This document shows, in pieces, positions 61,219 to 64,000 of a stretch of DNA of 64,000 bases. A model generated the notes under the pieces. That model was not told where the DNA came from and ran no database searches. It saw only the letters and a program-made list of their open reading frames with translations. Each line of letters opens with the position of its first letter. The first letter of the stretch is position 1. The stretch is from the human T2T-CHM13v2.0 reference genome, Homo sapiens. The stretch lies in the NCBI RefSeq assembly GCF_009914755.1, contig NC_060927.1. One strand, given 5' to 3'. The translations under genes were made by a program, and so were the position numbers.

Positions 61219-61613
61219 TGATACAGTTTGGATATTTGTCTCCTCCAAGTCTCATGTTGAAATTTGATCCCCTATGATGGAGGTGAGGTGTGGTGGGAGG
61301 TATTGGGGCAAGGGGGTGGATCCCTCATAAAGACTTGGTGCCTTCCTGGAGGTAATGAATCAGCTCTCGCTCTATTAGTTACCCTGAGGTCTGATTGTTC
61401 AAAGAGCCTGGCAGCTCCTTCTCTCTCTTTTCCTTCCTCTGCCATGTGACATGCTAGTTCCCATTCCCCTTCCACCACGACTGGAAGCTCTCTGAGGCCT
61501 TCACCTGAAGCTGATGTTGGTGGCATGTTCCTTGTACATCCTGCTGAACCAAGAGCCAAAGAAACCTCTTTTATAATATTTATAACTTACCCAGCCTCAG
61601 GTATTTCTTTATA
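61219..61613 (+). mobile_element. MSTB-like LTR, 3' end lost
   Basis: tgatacagtttggatatttgtctcctccaagtctcatgttgaaat..acccagcctcaggtatttctttata. Confidence 0.85.
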
Positions 61614-63501
61614 TTCTAAGTTGAATTTGAAAAGCAGAAAAACAGAGAAGAAAGGCTTGGCTCATTACCTACCACATTTAAAGCCACAGTATTGAACAAT
61701 ATTTAATTGGGACAGGAGTCAATAAAAAGAATCTAAAAAGAGACCTACAGCCACAGGGAAACACAATGTGTGATAGAGGCAACAGTACAAATTAATCATG
61801 AAAAGGTGAGCACTGCAGTAATTGGTGCTGGGTCAACTGGCTCTACATATGGTAAGAATGCAATGAGATTCTCTATCATGAACTGTACCCTCCAAAATAA
61901 TCCTGTTGGATCCAAGACCACAGACTGAAAAGTAAAAGTTTAAAATTTTTAGAGGAATATGTAACTGACTATTTTCCTTACAATGTGGAAGCAAATAATT
62001 TCTTAGACAACATAAAAAAGTCATGAAGGAAACAGATCAATTAGACACATAAAACCTAAAGATATAATTTTTTTAACTTATGTAACTAAAAATAGGTAGC
62101 TATAATGGTAAAAAGAATTTATTAAAGTGAACAAGAAAAAATGAATAACCAACTTAGTAAACAAGTGTACCATCTACATGGAAAGCAATTCAGAGAAGAG
62201 CAAGCTTGAATGTTTAAAAAAATTAAAATTATGCCTCATCTCATAACCAAGAAAATAAAAAGTTTAAAATGCTGTATTATTTTACACCAACAAGAGTAGA
62301 AAAAAAATTTAAAGTTTGACCTTTCCAAATGTAGTTTACAATGTGAATAAATAAAAACTCTTTTATACTGGGAAAAGAGTACAGACTAAGGACCAATTTA
62401 TAATCCTGACAGTCTAGCACGAAACTGAAGATGCTCCTACCTGTGACTCAGCAGTTCTACTCATAAGCGTACATCCTAGAAAATGTCCTGCACATTTCAT
62501 AAGGATATAAATAAAGTTGTATATTGTAGAATAATTTGTAGTAATGAAATATCAGAAACAAATGACATCAAAAGAGAAATGGATAAATAAAATGTGGTAT
62601 ATTTTTACAACTGACATCAACATCAATGGATCTCAAAAATATAATGTTGAATTAAAAAAGCATTTGTAAATGATTCCACATGATATCATTTATGGAAACA
62701 TGAAATATGTAATGTTTTGATAGTGACTACATATATATGAAATGAAGTGTAAGAGCATTAACTGATTAAATATACGAAGTTGTGATGGTAGTTGCCTCTG
62801 GATAGTCAAGAAGTAGAATGATCGTGGGGAGAAAAAGGGATGAAGTTGATTCATGATAATTTCATTTATTTTATGAAAAAATGTCAGAAGCCAATATTAG
62901 ATAAAGTTAATATTTATCATCTTGGGTAGTGGATGCAGGTATGTGTGCAGTATTTACTTACCTTTTCTCTGACTTTTAACATTTTCTCAACAAATGAAAT
63001 AATAAGCCAAACCCACTAGCATATTTGTATGATGATGTGTTTTCAACTAGTCAGCACACTCTTTAGTTGTATCATGTTACTTGCTTGAGTAATACATTAA
63101 ATTATTAGAAGAAAATGTTTTTTTAATATTTCTGGTTTCAAGGGAGAGGAATTTTCTATAAACATTCCTAGATCTTTGTCCCAACCTCTACTGCACCTCA
63201 CCTGCTTGTAATTCTGGCCTCTCTTTGTGGGAGCCAGTATCTTGCAGTTAACATGCATCCTATGATTTCTCTACATTTGTTCTCTGTTTTCTAGATTGTT
63301 AAAGCAAACTTTAAATCTGTTTGCCACATAAGAATATATCCTTTCAGGTCTTTGTTCGGAAATTTTATATTAGCAAAAGGGTTTGATAGCATGATGGCAA
63401 TTTGATGTTATGTTTTCTTTAATTCTTGGACGATAGGTGTTTCAGCTGCCTAAACAGAACCTGAATGTTGCAGATAAAATGAAGAAAATAGTCACATATT
63501 C

Positions 63502-63643
63502 AGGAAGGGATATAAAGGTACTTGAGCTAAACATAACTTTTATTTAGTTTTAAAAAGAGGCTTAATGTACCTAGGAAGGGATATAAAGTCACTTGTGCTA
63601 AACATAATTTTCTTCCATTTCTACAAAGAGTATTAATATCTAT
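63502..63643. repeat. Diverged tandem duplication, period 71
   Basis: aggaagggatataaag..acttg.gctaaacataa.ttt at 63502 and 63573. Confidence 0.85.
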
Positions 63644-64000
63644 ACATGTTGTAAGCTCTTAGCAATTTTATGAGGACTATAGTAGCTCATGTTCCCATGC
63701 ATTTTGATTAGCACAAATGGAGACATTGAAGATGCATGTAATAATAATACCCTATGCATTCTGTAATGGCTTTCTCTAAAGAATGTCCTTTTCTCTGTAA
63801 ACATTTTTATAAAAAGTCAAAGAAGTGGAAAATATGAGAAAAAATATTTTCTGGTAACTATATTTGACTTAAATATTTTGGTATGCCAAGTTCTGATATG
63901 ATGTTTAGAGATATTATAATGAATGCATGAGAATTCATTCCAGAAAAATAAATATACATTTCTTTCTATTTAAAATCTCTGTTCCTTGTATAATACCATT

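Overview
AT-rich, CpG-poor primate (very likely human or great-ape) intergenic or deep-intronic DNA. I can support no protein-coding exon, RNA gene or CpG-island promoter, and the ORF track is explained by transposon remnants or chance. Most of the window is layered retroelement and DNA-transposon fossils: about 9 Alus or Alu fragments, a two-LTR THE1 element, several solo LTRs, MIR/L2, and a 14.5-31 kb LINE-1 cluster. That cluster holds an old 5'-inverted L1MA and a near full-length L1MA with an ORF2 deletion, the latter hosting a young twin-primed L1PA. The best non-catalogue signals are: (1) a ~1.2 kb retrocopy of an unrecognised polyadenylated transcript 3' end (AATAAA, tail, perfect 16-bp TSD) at 18.5-19.7 kb; (2) a tailless Alu 5' fragment with a perfect 15-bp TSD; (3) two Alus sharing a triplicated target site; (4) a diverged ~240-bp direct repeat pair that may be ancient Gypsy-like LTRs; (5) several small hairpins and duplications consistent with template switching. 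I found no evidence of a new multi-gene system. Repeat family names come from my recall of consensus sequences, not a database search, and boundaries of old repeats are approximate.
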